A DNA stretch of 64,000 nucleotides from the human T2T-CHM13v2.0 reference genome, Homo sapiens, in NCBI RefSeq assembly GCF_009914755.1, contig NC_060935.1. One strand, written 5' to 3'. Every line of letters begins with the position of its first letter. Position 1 is the stretch's first letter. A model generated the notes under the pieces. The model saw only the letters and a list, made by a program, of their open reading frames with translations. It was not told the origin of the DNA and did no database searches. Shown here one piece after another: positions 1 through 15,084 of this stretch. Position numbers and translations under genes: made by a program.

Positions 1-199
1 ATAGGTTAGTTTAAGCTAATAACAGCTTAACTTTGATTTTTTCTTCTAAAAAAAACACAGTTCTACATTTTACTCCACTCATCCCCTGATTTTGAATTTT
101 TTATTTTACTACTTACAGCTTTTTATTTTGCATATTCCTTAAATATTATTGTAGCTGTTATTTTTTTGCCAGTTAGTTTAGCTACAAGTTTATCTGTTT

Positions 200-2095
200 T
201 AATTATTTATTTAATAAAACAACTTTTCATTTTATTAATTTTTTGTATTTTTTAGTCTCAATTTCATCCATTTCTGTTCTAATGTTTATTATTTCTTTCT
301 TTCTACTAATTTTGGGTTTGGTTTGTTATTCCTTTTCCAGTTCCTTGAGGTGAATTATTTTTTTTTGATATCTGTCTACTTTTTCAATGTAGGTGTTTGT
401 CACTGTAAAATTCCCTCTTAGAACTGCTTTTGCTATATCCCATAGATTTTCATATGTTGTGTTTCCATTTTTACTTATTTCAATAATTTATTGAAAATTT
501 CTTTATTTTTTATTGACACATTGATCAGGAGAATGTTGCTTAATTTCCATGTGTTTGTAGTGTTTAAATAATTTCTCTTGATATTGAATTCTGGTTTTAT
601 TCCATTTTGATTAAAAAATATATTGATATGATTTTTTCTCCTCCTCCTCCAAATTTTTGAATTTCTGAGACTTGTTTAGTGGCCTAACATGAGTATATGC
701 ACTATTCTGGAGAATGTTTCATAGCTATTTCTTCTCTCTTTTGGTTTCCAGATGCATGGAATATACTTTTTTTCATCCCTTCACTTGCAGTCTATGTGTG
801 TCTTTATAGGTTAAGCTGGTTTCTTGTAAGCAGCATATAGTTGAGTCTTTGTGGTTGCTTTTAATCCATTCAGCAAATCTGTGTCTTTAAATCATAGAAC
901 TTAATCTGTTTACATTCATTGTTATTATTGATAGATAAGGACTTACTGCTGCCATCTTAATACATGTTCTCTAGTTGTTTTGTAACTTATTTCTTCCTTT
1001 TATCCCTTCTTACTGTCTTCGTTTGTGGTTAATTTCTTTGTAATATGTTTTAGTTTGTTTCTTTCCAATTTTAGTGAGTAAAAATAAAACATAGTAGTAT
1101 GTTTTTGCTTTTGGTTATCACGAGGCTTTCAAAAATCATCTTATAGGTATGACAAATTATTTTAAAGAGCTGACAACTATTCTTTGGTCACAAAGAAGGT
1201 AATAGAAACATACAAAAAGAGAAAAACTAAAAACTATACAATTTAACTCCCCAGCCCCACACATTTTGACTTTTGGTTGTCTCAATTAATGACTTTTTAT
1301 GTTGCCAATCTGGTAATAAGTTATAGAAGTTATTATTTTTAATAGATTAGTCTTGTAGACTTCATACTGGTGATTTGAGTGGATGGATTTAACATGACAA
1401 TTACAGTATTAGAGTATCATGAGTTTGTGTACTTACTTTAGCTATTGGGTTTTATACCTTTTAATGTTTTCTTTTTGAATGTTAGTGTCCTATTTTTTGT
1501 GTGTTTTTTGTGGTTTTTTGTTGTTTTTTACAGATAAGTTCTCTTTTGCCCAGGAAGGAGTGCAGTGGCACAATCATAGCTCACTGCAGCCTTGATCTCC
1601 TGGACTCTAGTGACCTTCTCAAGTAGCTGGGACTACAGGTGTACTTCACTATGTCTGGCTAATTTCTAATTTTAATTTTTTTGTAGACGAGTTCTCCCTA
1701 TATTGTAGATGGGGTCTCCCTATATTGCTCAGGCTGGTCTCAAACTCCTAGGCTCAAGCAACCCTCCTGTTTCGGCCTCCAAAAGCACTGGGATTATAGA
1801 CAGGAGCCACGGTACCCTGCCAGTGTACTGTTCCATCAGATTGAAGAATTCCCTCTAGCATTTTTTGTAAGATTAGTCTGGTAGTGTTTAATTCCCTCAG
1901 CTACTGTTTGTCTACGGCATAATCTCTTCTTGTATATGTTATATGGATCGCATTTTGGGGTACAATATTCTCAATTCACAGTTTTTTTTTTCTTCCCAGC
2001 ATTTTGAATATGTTCTGCCATTCTATTCTGGTCTGTATTGTTTCCATTGAAAAGTCTGCTGCCAGATAATTTGGAGTCCTTTATATGTTAACATG
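200..2095 (-). mobile_element. Old L1 (L1M-type) fragments, antisense, interrupted by an Alu
   Basis: T-rich antisense L1 ORF2 signatures (ttctactaattttgggtttggtttgtt; ctcttagaactgcttttgctatatcccatagattt) followed by L1M 5'-region-like sequence; boundaries approximate. Confidence 0.75.
1500..1821 (-). mobile_element. AluJ-like SINE, with a small internal duplication (tgtaga..tctccctatattg twice, about 1682-1727)
   Basis: Antisense Alu motifs gagtgcagtggcacaatcatagctcactgcagcc and ggctggtctcaaactcc; decayed T-tail at left. Confidence 0.9.
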
Positions 2096-2179
2096 CAACT
2101 ATTAACAGAGAGAATTATTTATTTTTATTTTTACAGGTAAATATGTTTGATTTATTCATATATGTGAATGTGAATATGG

Positions 2180-2212
2180 GTGTGTGTGTGTGTGGGTGTG
2201 TTTGTGTGTGTG
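2180..2212. repeat. (TG)n microsatellite, interrupted
   Basis: Direct reading. Confidence 0.9.
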
Positions 2213-2604
2213 ATCTCTGTTATATAGTATGGCCTCAACAAAGTTGACTGGAATCAGAACTAAGAGGCATTCCACCCTTCAATGTCTTTGAAGTCTAGTG
2301 AGAAAGACTGAAAGACCAAAAGGAAAGTGGACAATTAAAATAAAGAGTATTAAATGGTACAAAAAGGTGAATCTAGAATGTTATAGATTCAAAAACAAGA
2401 AGACTACTCTCAACTTATGTCACAGAAGGTTTTGTGTAGAAAGGTAAAATAAAGAGTGAGTAGCAGTTGGTAGAGGAACATGCTTGACATTGAAGACAGG
2501 GTAGTGTTTCAGGTCTAGGGCAAAGATATGTTGGTGAGATCCAGGCATGTTTAGGTGACTAGAAGTAATTCAGCATGTCTGGAGCTGTGACTCCAGGGAG
2601 AAAT

Positions 2605-3214
2605 TTTAACTGAAGTGCAGGTTAGTCACTCACCACTTGCAGAGTCCAATTAGCAGAGAAAAGTCTGGTATAAAGAAAATGATTTATTCCAAAGCTAGCT
2701 TAGTGGAAGAATCACTGCCATCTATCCGTAAGTGTGCTGCTTGAACAGAAAATAGGCACTTTTAAATGGCAGGGGAGGAAGTGAGCAAGGGAGGGTCCCC
2801 ATGCTAGCTGTGGTACCTTATCTACTGGGCAGTTGAGCTGGTGACTGCTAGGAGTGTCATGGGCAGGACTACACTGAAAACTCTTCAGGGAGAGAATCTG
2901 ATGGGAGACAGATGCCTAGAAATCAGCTGTAATCTCTCAAGGCAACCTCCTGGTGGGTGAATTCCTTTCTGAAGCTCCTAGGTACGTAGTTAGATGAACT
3001 TAACTTGTAGGGAGTGTCTGGTTAGGGAGAGGTAAATGGCTATATTTTCATTTCTCAAGGGATAAGTAGGAAGTGAGGAATTGGGGGATTGAGAAAAAGA
3101 GAGAGAAAAACAATTAAACTACCACTAAGTTGAAAGTGGGAAACTAGGGGAACAAGAAAAGAAGAGAGAGAAAAATTAAACTATCTCTTAGAAAAATGGG
3201 GGTACTTGTTTATA
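2605..3214 (-). mobile_element. ERV1-class solo LTR (MER67-like), with internal ~60-bp duplication at 3065-3184
   Basis: Minus strand begins ..aacaagtacccccatttttctaagagatag and carries AATAAA (tttatt at 2683-2688); family name from recalled consensus. Confidence 0.55.
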
Positions 3215-4442
3215 ATATGACTAAAGAAGAAAGCAAAGCAACAATAATTCCAAGACTTCGATTTTATTTTATTTTAATTTTTTTTGATGCCAGTAGTGGA
3301 CTATATTTTGAGATATGCATATATCTAATTAGAGGTTTAAATGTCAATGCCCTATAAAATCTAGAAACATTTATAAAATACTATGTTCAAGTTGTAGTTT
3401 TTTTCCATGTGAGACTGAAAAAAACCATAACACAAATTAAAACAACTTCTTGGATACATAGCTTCACACTTTAAAACATGAGCATGGATTTAGTTTTCAA
3501 CAAACTTTTGTTCAAATATCAGCTCTGCTACTGAGTTCAAATATCAGCACTGATGATTAAGTGTGTGCAGCAGGTAAAATCATTTACTTTTCCAGAGTTT
3601 TCAGTTTCCTCATTTATGAGATGAGAATCCATTCAAACTAAAGCAAGAGTTAACACATTACAATTGATATCATGTGCAAAGGTAAAGGGGACATTAAAAA
3701 ATGCTATTTTCCTATCTATGCCTCAGAGATTTGTAGGAAAAAAAAAACATGAAAATCACTTTAAAATGTCACAAGTGAAATAATTTTTTAGATGCAGCCA
3801 ACTCCAGTTAACAGGCACTAAACACTATATCCTAAACACTGAAACTACACTCTAGCAATTCAGAATATGCAAATGTTTCCTCTTGAAATTCCTCATATGA
3901 CATACAAATTCAGCAATGTATCACTTTATTTGGCATAAGTTTTCTCATGATTGATGTCTCTGAGAGTGCAATATTTTAACTTCTACTTTACCTATTTTTA
4001 TGCCATGAGCTTTTATAATAGCGTCTTAAACACCCTGATTTAAAGAAATTATAATCACTATGCCCCAAAGTTATTCCCCAGATCGTAATCCAAAATAGTT
4101 ACTTTACCTCTAATTATTAAGAAAACTCTAAAACAAAAAAAGCTGTTTCTCAAGTCCCTTTTCAGTTTGTTCAAGTACTTAAAATAACTGAAATCATGCA
4201 TAGTTACAATTCTAACTACTTGCATATATTTATAAAGACCTGTCTTTGTTTTACCATCTCAGAAAGGCCTGTTTTGCAAAACAGATCAATAACTTAATTA
4301 TACCGCTGTGAAGTTGAAATAGAGTCTAACAACAAAATTTTCTTTTCCATGGTTTATTGCCACTGGTTTTACAATGAGTTAACGGATATTCAAGTAAGCT
4401 ACAAACTGCATTTAAATTTTTTTCTTTATATATGTCTTCAGC

Positions 4443-4744
4443 TTTTTTTTTTTCTTGTTTGAGACAGAGTTTCCCTCTGTCACCCAGGCTGGAGTGCAGT
4501 GGTGTGATCTCAGCTCACTGCAACCTCTGCCTCCCGGATTCCAGCCAGTCTCCTGCCTCAGCCTCCTGATTATGTGGGAATACAGGCATGCATCACCATG
4601 CCCGACTAATTTTGGTATTTTTAGTAGAGATGGGATTTCCCCATGTTTTTTCCAAGCTGGCCTTGAACTCCTGACCTCAGGTGATCCTCCCGCCTCAGCC
4701 TCCCAAGGTGCTGGAATTACAGGCATGAGCCACCCTGCCTGGCC
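4443..4744 (-). mobile_element. AluS SINE
   Basis: Full antisense dimer, T-tail 4443-4460, ends ...caccctgcctggcc. Confidence 0.95.
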
Positions 4745-4803
4745 TTTCCATTTATTTTATTTTCATCATGATATCTTCAGCTTTTACATGCATCACATAC
4801 AAC

Positions 4804-5580
4804 TGAGAGATAGGACTAGCTGGATTTCCTAGGCTGACTAAGAAAATCCCTAAGCCTAGCTGGGAAGGTGACCACATCCACCTTTAAACACGGGGCTTGC
4901 AACTTCGCTCACACCCCACCAATCATGTAGTAAAGAGAGCTCACGAAAAAGCTAATTAGGCAAAAACAAGAGGTAATGAAATAGCCAATCATCCATCTAT
5001 TGCCTGAGAGCACAGCAGGAGGGACAATGATTGGGATATAAACCCAGGCATTCGAGTGGGCAACGGCTACCCTCGTTGGGTCCCCTCCCTTTGTATGGGA
5101 GCTCTGTTTTCACTCTATTAAATCTTGCTACCGTACTCTTTTCTGGTCCGTGTTTGTTACGGCTTGAGAGGAGCTTTTGTTTGCCATCCACCACTATTTG
5201 CCACAGTCACAGACCCGCTGCTGACTTCCATCCCTCCAGATCCGCAAGGGTGTCCGCTGTGCTTCTGATCCAGCGAGGCACCCATTGCCCCTCCCGATCG
5301 GGCTAAAGGCTTGCCATTGTTCCTGCATGGCTAAGTGCCCAGGTTCATCCTAATTGAGCTGAACACTAGTCACTGGCTTCCATGGTTCTCTTCTATGACC
5401 CACGGCTTCTAATAGAGCTATAACACTCACTGCATGGCCCAAGATTCCATTCCTTGGAATCCATGAGGCCAAGAACCCCAAGTCAGAGAACAGGAGACTT
5501 GCTACCATCTTGGAAGTGGTCTGCTGCCATTTTGAAAGTGGCCCGCCACCATCTTGGGAGCTTTTTGGGGGTTTGCTTGT
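4804..5580 (+). mobile_element. Solo HERV-W LTR (LTR17)
   Basis: Starts TGAGAGATAGGACTAGCTGGATTTCCTAGGC, the LTR17 5' end; U3/R/U5 colinear with recalled consensus; 777 bp; candidate 4-bp TSD caac (4800-4803 / 5581-5584). Confidence 0.95.
4919..5122 (+). promoter_or_regulatory. LTR17 core promoter and polyA elements: CCAAT (4919, 4985), TATAAA (5037-5042), ATTAAA (5117-5122)
   Basis: Motifs visible at the positions expected in HERV-W U3/R; activity not shown. Confidence 0.6.
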
Positions 5581-6419
5581 CAACCCAGTTTCCTAGTTTC
5601 TGGTTCCATCTTTGTGAGCACTTGGAGTTTTGACTGACTCTGCTGAGACACAGAAGTCACAATGGCCCATCTACTTTCTATCTGAAAACATGAATTGGAA
5701 GAATCTTGTATGTCAATAAATCTTCTCACATTTGCTTTGCAATTACTATTTTATATATATTTTATTTCCATACTATCACATTAATACAGTATTTGGAGAG
5801 ATATTTAAAAGTGTGTTGAATCTGCCTTCATTAGCTAAGAGTTTTATCACACTGAGTTATTTTTTGCACTCCATTTGACACTAGATTCTGATTATTGAGA
5901 GTAGAATCCGTTAATCTATTTTATTTTAGTTCCCTAGTACTGTGTACACTTCTTGAATACTCAAATATCATTGAATGTAAATGGATGAATTACAGACTAA
6001 AATCTCACAAGGATTTGAGATTCAAATACCAGAATTGCATCCTACTAGAAATGCAGGATTGCCCCTTTACCACCTGTGTGATGCAGTGACATTTATTTCC
6101 CATCACTGATCTTCAGTTTCCCTACCTGTAAACTAAAATTACTACTATCCATCCTGTGTACTTCACAGTTTATGCTAAGATAAAGTCAAATAATGGATAT
6201 AGAATGCTTTATGAATTACAAAATGTTGCAGTTATTATTTGAACATTTTTCTTTTGATAATCATTATGTAGGGGCACTGACAAATTAACTAAATTGACCA
6301 AATACTTATTGAGTATTTATATATTATTATGTACCAAACATTACTCTTGGTAATGAAGATATAGCAGCGACCACGAGATCAATCCTTGCTCACATAAAGC
6401 ATACTTTTTGGTCTACCTA

Positions 6420-7246
6420 CAGTCCCTGGGAGCAAGTTGCAGTCTTTTTTGGTTTTTATTTTTTTGCTCTTGTGCTCAGTTGCTCTATTCTTGGGGTCTC
6501 TTTTTTCTGCACCATAGTTCTCAGCTTATTTGGGGGGAAAATACTTTGAGCAGAACACAATAGTATAAGAGTCTCAACCCTTTCTGTGCCGAATTCATTT
6601 TTATCCCTTCCTGTCTCAACAAAAATTATATGGAATCAACACCACTGAGCTCTGTGGAAAAAATAGAAAAACCTGCTTTTTTTGTTTTGCTGGAAGCTGG
6701 AGGGTGCTGGATCCCTGTGTGGTAATGCATAGCATTTTAGGTTTTCTCCTCCTTTCTTTGTGTATTGGGTTCAGAGTACACTATGTCTCTATGCAAATAT
6801 AGACAGTTGGATTTGGCAACATGTATCTGTCTACTTTCTCTTGTTTAAAAAAAGAAAAAAAGAACTTTAAAAATGGGATTATCAAAGGTCAGCAAAGGTT
6901 GGGCTTGTTGAGACGTTTGGGTCAGTTAAGTAGTCATTTTGGTAACATGGGTTCTCCTTTGGCAGGTTTAATTGTGATGTTGAATGAACATCCTTGTAGT
7001 TTAAGATGACGACACTGTTAAATGAAATAAATTCTCTCCTAATGATAACTTGAGCCCTGCCACTCCATGGGAGAATCAGCAGAACCTGCAGGTTCTTATT
7101 TAGAATTGATATTTGCTATTATAATTTTGTTCCTGTTTATCTAAAAATTTTCCTTTTGTTTCACTTGAAAGGAAAGATGCTGCTCAGTTTAAACACTAAA
7201 AGTGAACAAGTTGCTTTGTTACAATAAAACTAAATGTGTACACACA
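6420..7246 (+). pseudogene. SET: 5'-truncated processed pseudogene of SET nuclear proto-oncogene (3'UTR only)
   Basis: Colinear with recalled SET 3'UTR (cagtccctgggagcaagttgcagtc...ggaatcaacaccactgagctctgtgg...tgctttgttacaataaaactaaatgtgtacaca); AATAAA at 7223-7228 followed by a CA/GA-degenerated tail; no CDS. Confidence 0.85.
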
Positions 7247-7303
7247 CGTGAACGTACACACACACAGAGTGAGAAAGGGAGGGGAGAGAGAGAACAAGTT
7301 AGG

Positions 7304-7805
7304 TGTATTAGTCATTTGTGTTGTGGCAAATTACCATGCTTAATGTAACCAAACTTGATTATCTTACACATTCTTTAGATCAAAAGTTCAATATACCTCA
7401 CTGGTTAAAATTAGGGTGTTGACAGCCTCCTTTTTGGAGACTGTAGAGGGGAATCTGTGTCCTTGCCTTTCCAGTTCCCATAAGCCACTTGCATTCCTTG
7501 GCTCATGGCCTCTTCCTTCATCTTCCAAACAGTAAAGTTGGGTTGAATCCTTCTCACACTGATGTTCTCTGGTTTTGACACTAACTCTCTTGTCTCCTTC
7601 TTTCACTTTTAAAAACACTTGTGATTATATTGGACTCACCTAGGTAATCCAAGATAATTTACCTATTTTGGAGTCAGCTGATTGGTATCCAACCTTAATT
7701 CCATATACAAACTTAATTCCCCCTTTCTATGGAAGGCAACATGTTCACAGATTTCAGGGATCAGAATATTGAAATCTTTGGAACATCATTATTCTGCCCA
7801 CAACA
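7304..7805 (-). mobile_element. MLT1D-like MaLR solo LTR
   Basis: Minus strand begins tgttgtgggcagaataatg and contains aatcagctgactcc..attatcttggatta; other end tgtattag; ~500 bp. Confidence 0.8.
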
Positions 7806-9009
7806 ATATTACCCTATTGTGCTCCTTTTCATTAAAAACTATCAAATATCTTCCTGTGTTTCTTTATGAATCTGTGCTATGCCATTCTACACCATGTGAT
7901 AAAAATATAGACAATGAAATTGAACTAAATTTTATTTATTAAGAATAACAGTATTACCTTATTCCTAAAGCCCTGATTTTATTGGCTACCTTGACTCAGT
8001 TACTCTTTAGTAATCCTCTTGAATTACTGCAAACATTTTCTTCATTGAGTTTCTATAATTTTATTCTGTAGTGGGACCTAGGGGGAGCTTTGCTGCTTTC
8101 CTCTTTTTTTTTACATGTTAATAGTGAGGAGCCTGGGAATTCTTTACCACAATACACTGTGATAAAATGTAAAATAATAAAAATATGATTTACTAACACA
8201 GTAGATATTTTTGTAACATATCTATTTTTTTATTTCTAAGTTAAAACCTATTTATTCTAGAACACTTACATATGTTTGAGAAATATGAAAACAAGTTAAA
8301 ATTCTTTATTACTAGGTCAGGTAAGTTACATCTACGTCTATCACAAACCCAAAAAAGTGGTTATTATTATTTCTATTTCTTCTTAACATGTGAGTAAACT
8401 GATGCTCAAAAAATTTAAGTAACTTACCCAAGATATGCTACTAGTAATCAGTAGGCTGGGATCTGAAGAAAGCAGCCATTGGTTCTAGTTCCTGCTGCTC
8501 ACACACTGGGCAGCTACACCCTCCACCTAAAGTGTGTGTGGCTTGTGTGGCTTTCCCTAGGCATTGATAAAAAAGCTTAGCTACTTAGAGCAGAAGAAAC
8601 ACCAATTTAAGGAAAAAAAAAATACAAGACACAGCAAGCTCAAGTTACTTTAAAAAAATCTTCCTAGATGACAATTTGAGGAAGATTAAGACCAGATAAG
8701 CAGAAGTGTTGTGAAAACAGATACCACACCACTCTATTATGTAATATACATGAGCAAATAATAGGATTTGCAAAATGTTCTCAAAGAGTAAAACATTTTT
8801 AAAAATCATAGACCTAGAAAAGAGCTAAAGAAAGAGAATACCGGTACATAAGTATTCAAGAATAAGAATATTTTAAATGGGTCTTGAAATTCTAAACTTC
8901 AGTGGATTTTTAATGAAATGGCTGTGTACAGAACCAAATCTGTGTTACAAGGACTAATATGGGATAGACTTCTTTAGAAATGGTTAAAAAATTTCTCAAA
9001 TCTTAGTAG

Positions 9010-10576
<1,567 letters not shown>

Positions 10577-10869
10577 TCAAGTCAGAGAATAATGAGTCTG
10601 CTCAGTAAACTGCAAATGCTCTTGAGCTACACAGGCTCAATAGAAAGAGGCAGACTTATTCTTTACAACAAATGCGGTCTGAAGTCACTGCATGAATGAA
10701 GAGTTTGGAGGTGGACAAACTCCAGTCAAATACAGACAGCTGTTCTGTATGATCTTAAGCAGATCAGTGCCTCTCCCTGAATCTCAATGTTCTTATATTT
10801 AATGATCAAATTTAAAAAGTGTTCAGCACATGATCTATTATATACTAAGTCTCAACATATTATGCCGAT

Positions 10870-11150
10870 TTATTCATTCATTTGTGATCCATATCCTGAG
10901 TACTGGGGAATACAGTCCCTGTCCTAAGGAATAATCAGTCTTGAATAGCAAACAAGTAATGTAGCAGTGCATTACGTTGCACAGTGATAAATGCTTTAAT
11001 GGAATAAAAATATGGTACTATGAGAACACACAGGAGAGTCACCCAGCACTGCCTGGGGTGCAAATAAAGGCATCTAGGAAAGGCAGTGTCTCACCATAGA
11101 GGCCAAAGATGAATAATAGTAATTTGTGTGAGAAGTCAGAAAAGTATTGC
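10870..11150 (-). mobile_element. L2 relic
   Basis: ttattcattcatt tail, tactggggaatacagtccctgtc, gtgataaatgct motifs; heavily diverged. Confidence 0.5.
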
Positions 11151-11640
11151 AGCCTAATTCCCTAGAGTTAAGGCATACTGCAACAGTCCAGTAGAACCTA
11201 TCTCTAGAGATGAGAACTGGAGAATTAGAAATGTGGAGTCTAGGGAGAAAAGAAAAAAAGTTTGTATTGTTTCCATTTCTCCTTTGTAAAGATCAAGAAA
11301 AAAAGGGAGGGGGAGCAGTCCACATCTCATTTACGGTTTCATCCTTTTTCTACATACAGAGTTAGGAAAAATAATGACTGAAAAGTTTTGTGAAGACACC
11401 AAACAATCAGAGCAGTAGCTGAGTTGGTAATGGAGTGGAGTCCTAGGGTTAGTGAGTAGAGAGTAAGTTGGACTAGTGGCTATTTTCAATTCAAATGAAA
11501 ACAACATATTTAATAACTGACCTCCTCATGCCATGTGCACCATCTGAACCTTGGTCCTGGATTAGGGTAAATAAAATTGTCACCATTTAAGTTGATTTTT
11601 ACCTTGAACTTATTTTGTAGTAGGTTAACATCTCCCTCCA

Positions 11641-11641
<1 letters not shown>

Positions 11642-11683
<42 letters not shown>
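11642..11683. repeat. (GT)17 followed by (GC)3: alternating purine-pyrimidine tract
   Basis: Direct reading. Confidence 0.95.
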
Positions 11684-13004
11684 ATGTGCAAAAGCACATG
11701 TGCTCCAGAACACCTATGGCTCCACTATCCCACTATCAACGATTGGGTTAAATGTTGAAACAAACCATGTTATCTAATTTCATGGAATTAACTGATTAAG
11801 AGTTTGATAATTCTGTCATCAATTTAACGGGATTCACAATTCAGAGATAATATCATTAGTATAAAATGTTTCCAGTTTCAAAGCATTTTCCTATTATCAG
11901 TACTCAGAACAACACAGTGAGGTACAAGGAACAGAGAATCAGTCATTTACAAATGTTCTGAAAGTCAACTTGCACTACCTGCAATATCTCTAGGAGCCAA
12001 ACAGCCAGGTAAAACCGTGATCTATATTTGGAAAATAAGGAAACTGAAACTTAGTGACAAAATGTATTAATACCTTGATAACATGAATATAATATGTGTT
12101 ATTCCTGAAATTAAAAAAATGCAAGAGAAAGAATTTTATTATTAGGCCTTTCACAAATTGAATAAAACGGATTAAGAATACTAGAAATTACCGCCTTACA
12201 AATCTTCTAAACACTGAAATGATGGAGCTAGCTTCTTATTCTAAATACTTTATTTCAGTAGGCTATTTGAGATTGTGAAAGGTTAAAATTTGATTTTGGA
12301 CTCACTAATTGAAATGTGTCTATTTAGTTAAACTAAAATTTACCAAGTATTTTGGCCAGAGAGGAGGCAATGACATGTTTGCCAAACAAAAAAAATAATA
12401 ATAATGAAATACTAAAGTTTACTTTTTAGCCTAAATTGCTTTATAATCTACTCACAGTTTTTGTTACTTACAACTTATATGATAGACTCATTTGTTTTAT
12501 ACCCAATTATAATATTCTTGTTATAGTACAGGGATTCCACATTTCACAAAATATGATGAATTGTGAGCAAGCACAAATGTCTCATTTATTTAGAAAAAAA
12601 ATTATGTGCAAGGTGCTCAGTGAGGTGCCCTGAGAATATGCATGTCGTGCTTTATGTTCTCAGGAGCTGGCAGTCTCAGGAAGGAAACGTGGCCTATACA
12701 TATAAAAGAATTTTGTTTCAAATTACTAAGTGATTAAAATCAGGAAAAAGGCTAACTAAAGAAATCAAAAATAAGAAATTTCAGGGAAGTAAAGACATTT
12801 TTTTTTTCTGAGAGATCAGCATGTGTTTCATTAGAGGAGTTGGCACCTTGAAGAATGGAAGGTTGCATCCTTATTCAAAGTAATCTCAGTAAGTTATTGC
12901 TTACATTAATTGTGACTCAAAGATTATTTTAAATGATCTTTTCTTAATGAGGTGTTGTAATTTTGACTCTTAAAGCTGGAAGAGGGCAGGTTCTTTTATT
13001 ATTT

Positions 13005-13600
13005 CATTCATTCATTTAATCATTGAGGATTATTATGCCCTGTGCATTGTTCTGTTTCCTCACGATGGAAGTGTACCCAGTTCAGAAAAGGTCTTGCTCT
13101 CTCAGAGCTTATATACTATTTGAGGAATAAAATAGTGAAGAAAAAATATGGCAAATGCAAACTCATTTTCTATCTGAAAAAAGAAAAATAATTAAACAGA
13201 GTGATGATATGACTATCAGTAATGAGAGAAGCATTATGAGAAGGAAGACTAGAATGGTGGTCAGTAAAAGCCTCTTTGAAATAAATGGAACTTGTGACAT
13301 GAAACTCTAAGGAAAGAGTGTTTTTAGTTAAGAGATATGACAGTGCAGAGACTTAGGCTAGAAAAAAAAAGCATAGTGTTTGCGACTCAGAAAGAAGGGC
13401 CATGTGATTGGAGTGAAACAAGATGGGTAGAAAGTGATGGGCGATGAAGTCTAATTGATAGACAATAGTCATGTCAATTAGTGTCTTGTTGGACTGAAAA
13501 GGTATTTAAATTTTATATTACAAGTCATGAAAAGCCCTTGGAGAATTTCAGAAAAGAAAGGAATGATATGATGCACATTATAGAATTATTGTTCTGATTA
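13005..13600 (-). mobile_element. L2 relic
   Basis: ttcattcattcatttaatcattgag 3' tail, ctctcagagcttata, ccatgtgattggagtg motifs. Confidence 0.55.
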
Positions 13601-14781
13601 AATACTGACATATTTGGCTAAGACACAGAGCAGTTAATTTATAGACTTCTGTTACTATATGTTTACTTTTGGTAGTTATTAGAAGTGTATACAGCTCTAT
13701 CTTAACTCAGTGCTAAGCTTTAAAATACTATAGTTTTAAAAAGTGGTATTTTAGATTTTTATTGAGTGGTGAAATTTGGCATAAATCAATGAAGACATAT
13801 AAGATAATGAATCTATCCTCATATTCAATACTTATTTTCTAAGAAATATGTCTGCTTAGAACATGCCAAACATGGCACAAGACAAGGATGCCTGCTCTCA
13901 CCGCTCTTATTCAACATGGCATTGGAAGTCCTGGTCAGGGCAATCAGTCAAGAGAAATAAAGGGAAAAATGACTTGATTCTATATCTAGAAAGCCCCATA
14001 GTCTCGACCCAAAACCTCATCCAGCTGATAAACAATTTGAGCAAAGTTTCATGATACAAAATCAATGTATAAAAATCACTATCATTTCTATACATCAACA
14101 ACAGCCAATCCAAGAGCCCAATCAGGAACACAATCCCAATCCACAATTGCCAAAAATAAAAATAAAATAAAATAAAATACCTAGGAATACAGCTAACCAG
14201 GGAGGTGAAAGATCTCTACAATAAGAATTACAAAACACTGCTCAAATAAATCAGAGATGACACAAACCAATGAAAAAACATTCCATGCTCAGGGATAGCA
14301 AGAATAGATATTGTTAAAATGGCCATACTGCCCAAAGCAATACACAGATTCAGTGCTATTCCTATCAAACAATTAATGACATTCTTCATAGAACTAGAAA
14401 AAATGATTTTAAAATTCATATGGAACCAAAAAGGAGCCTGAATAGCCAAGGCAACCTTAAATAAAAAGAACAGTGCTGGAGGCATCATGTTACTAGACTT
14501 CAAACTATACTACAGGGCTACATTAACCAAAACAGCATGGTACTGACACAAAACAGACATATAGACTAATGGAACAGAATAGAGCCCAGAAATAAGGCCA
14601 CATACCTACAGCCATCTGACCTTCGACAACACTGACAATAACAAACAATGGGGAAAGGACTCCCTATTCAATAAATGGTGCTGGGATAACTAGCTAGCCA
14701 TATGCAGAAGATTGAAACTGGACCCCTTTCTTACACCATATACAAACATCCACTCCACATGGATTAAAGACTTAAACGTAA

Positions 14782-15084
14782 GACCGGGTGTGGTGTCTCA
14801 CACCTATAATCCTAGCTCTTTGGGTGGCTGAGACAGATGGATCGCTTGAGCTCAGGAGTTGGAGACCAATCTGGGCAACATGGTGAAACGTCTCTATGAA
14901 AAATACAAAAATTAGCCTAACGTGGTGGCACGTGCCTGTATTCCCAGCTACATGGGGAGCTGTGGTGGGAGGATCGTTTGAACCTGGGAGGTTGAGGCTG
15001 CAGTGAGCTGAGACTGTACCACTGCTCTCCAGCCTGGGTGAAAAAACAAAACCCTGTGTCAAAAAAAAAAAAAAAGAAAAAAAA
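14782..15084 (+). mobile_element. AluJ/S inserted in L1
   Basis: Full dimer; degenerate TSD ttaaacgtaa / ttaaatgtaa. Confidence 0.92.

Noticed and set aside
3510-3550. Short local duplications (gttcaaatatcagc twice; also at 18003, 19483, 39098)
   Set aside because: Ordinary slippage duplications with no further structure
4412-4832. 104-aa and 125-aa ORFs, and similar ORFs at 10213, 14772, 16390, 20271, 33897, 41094 and 61515
   Set aside because: Translations of Alu sequence
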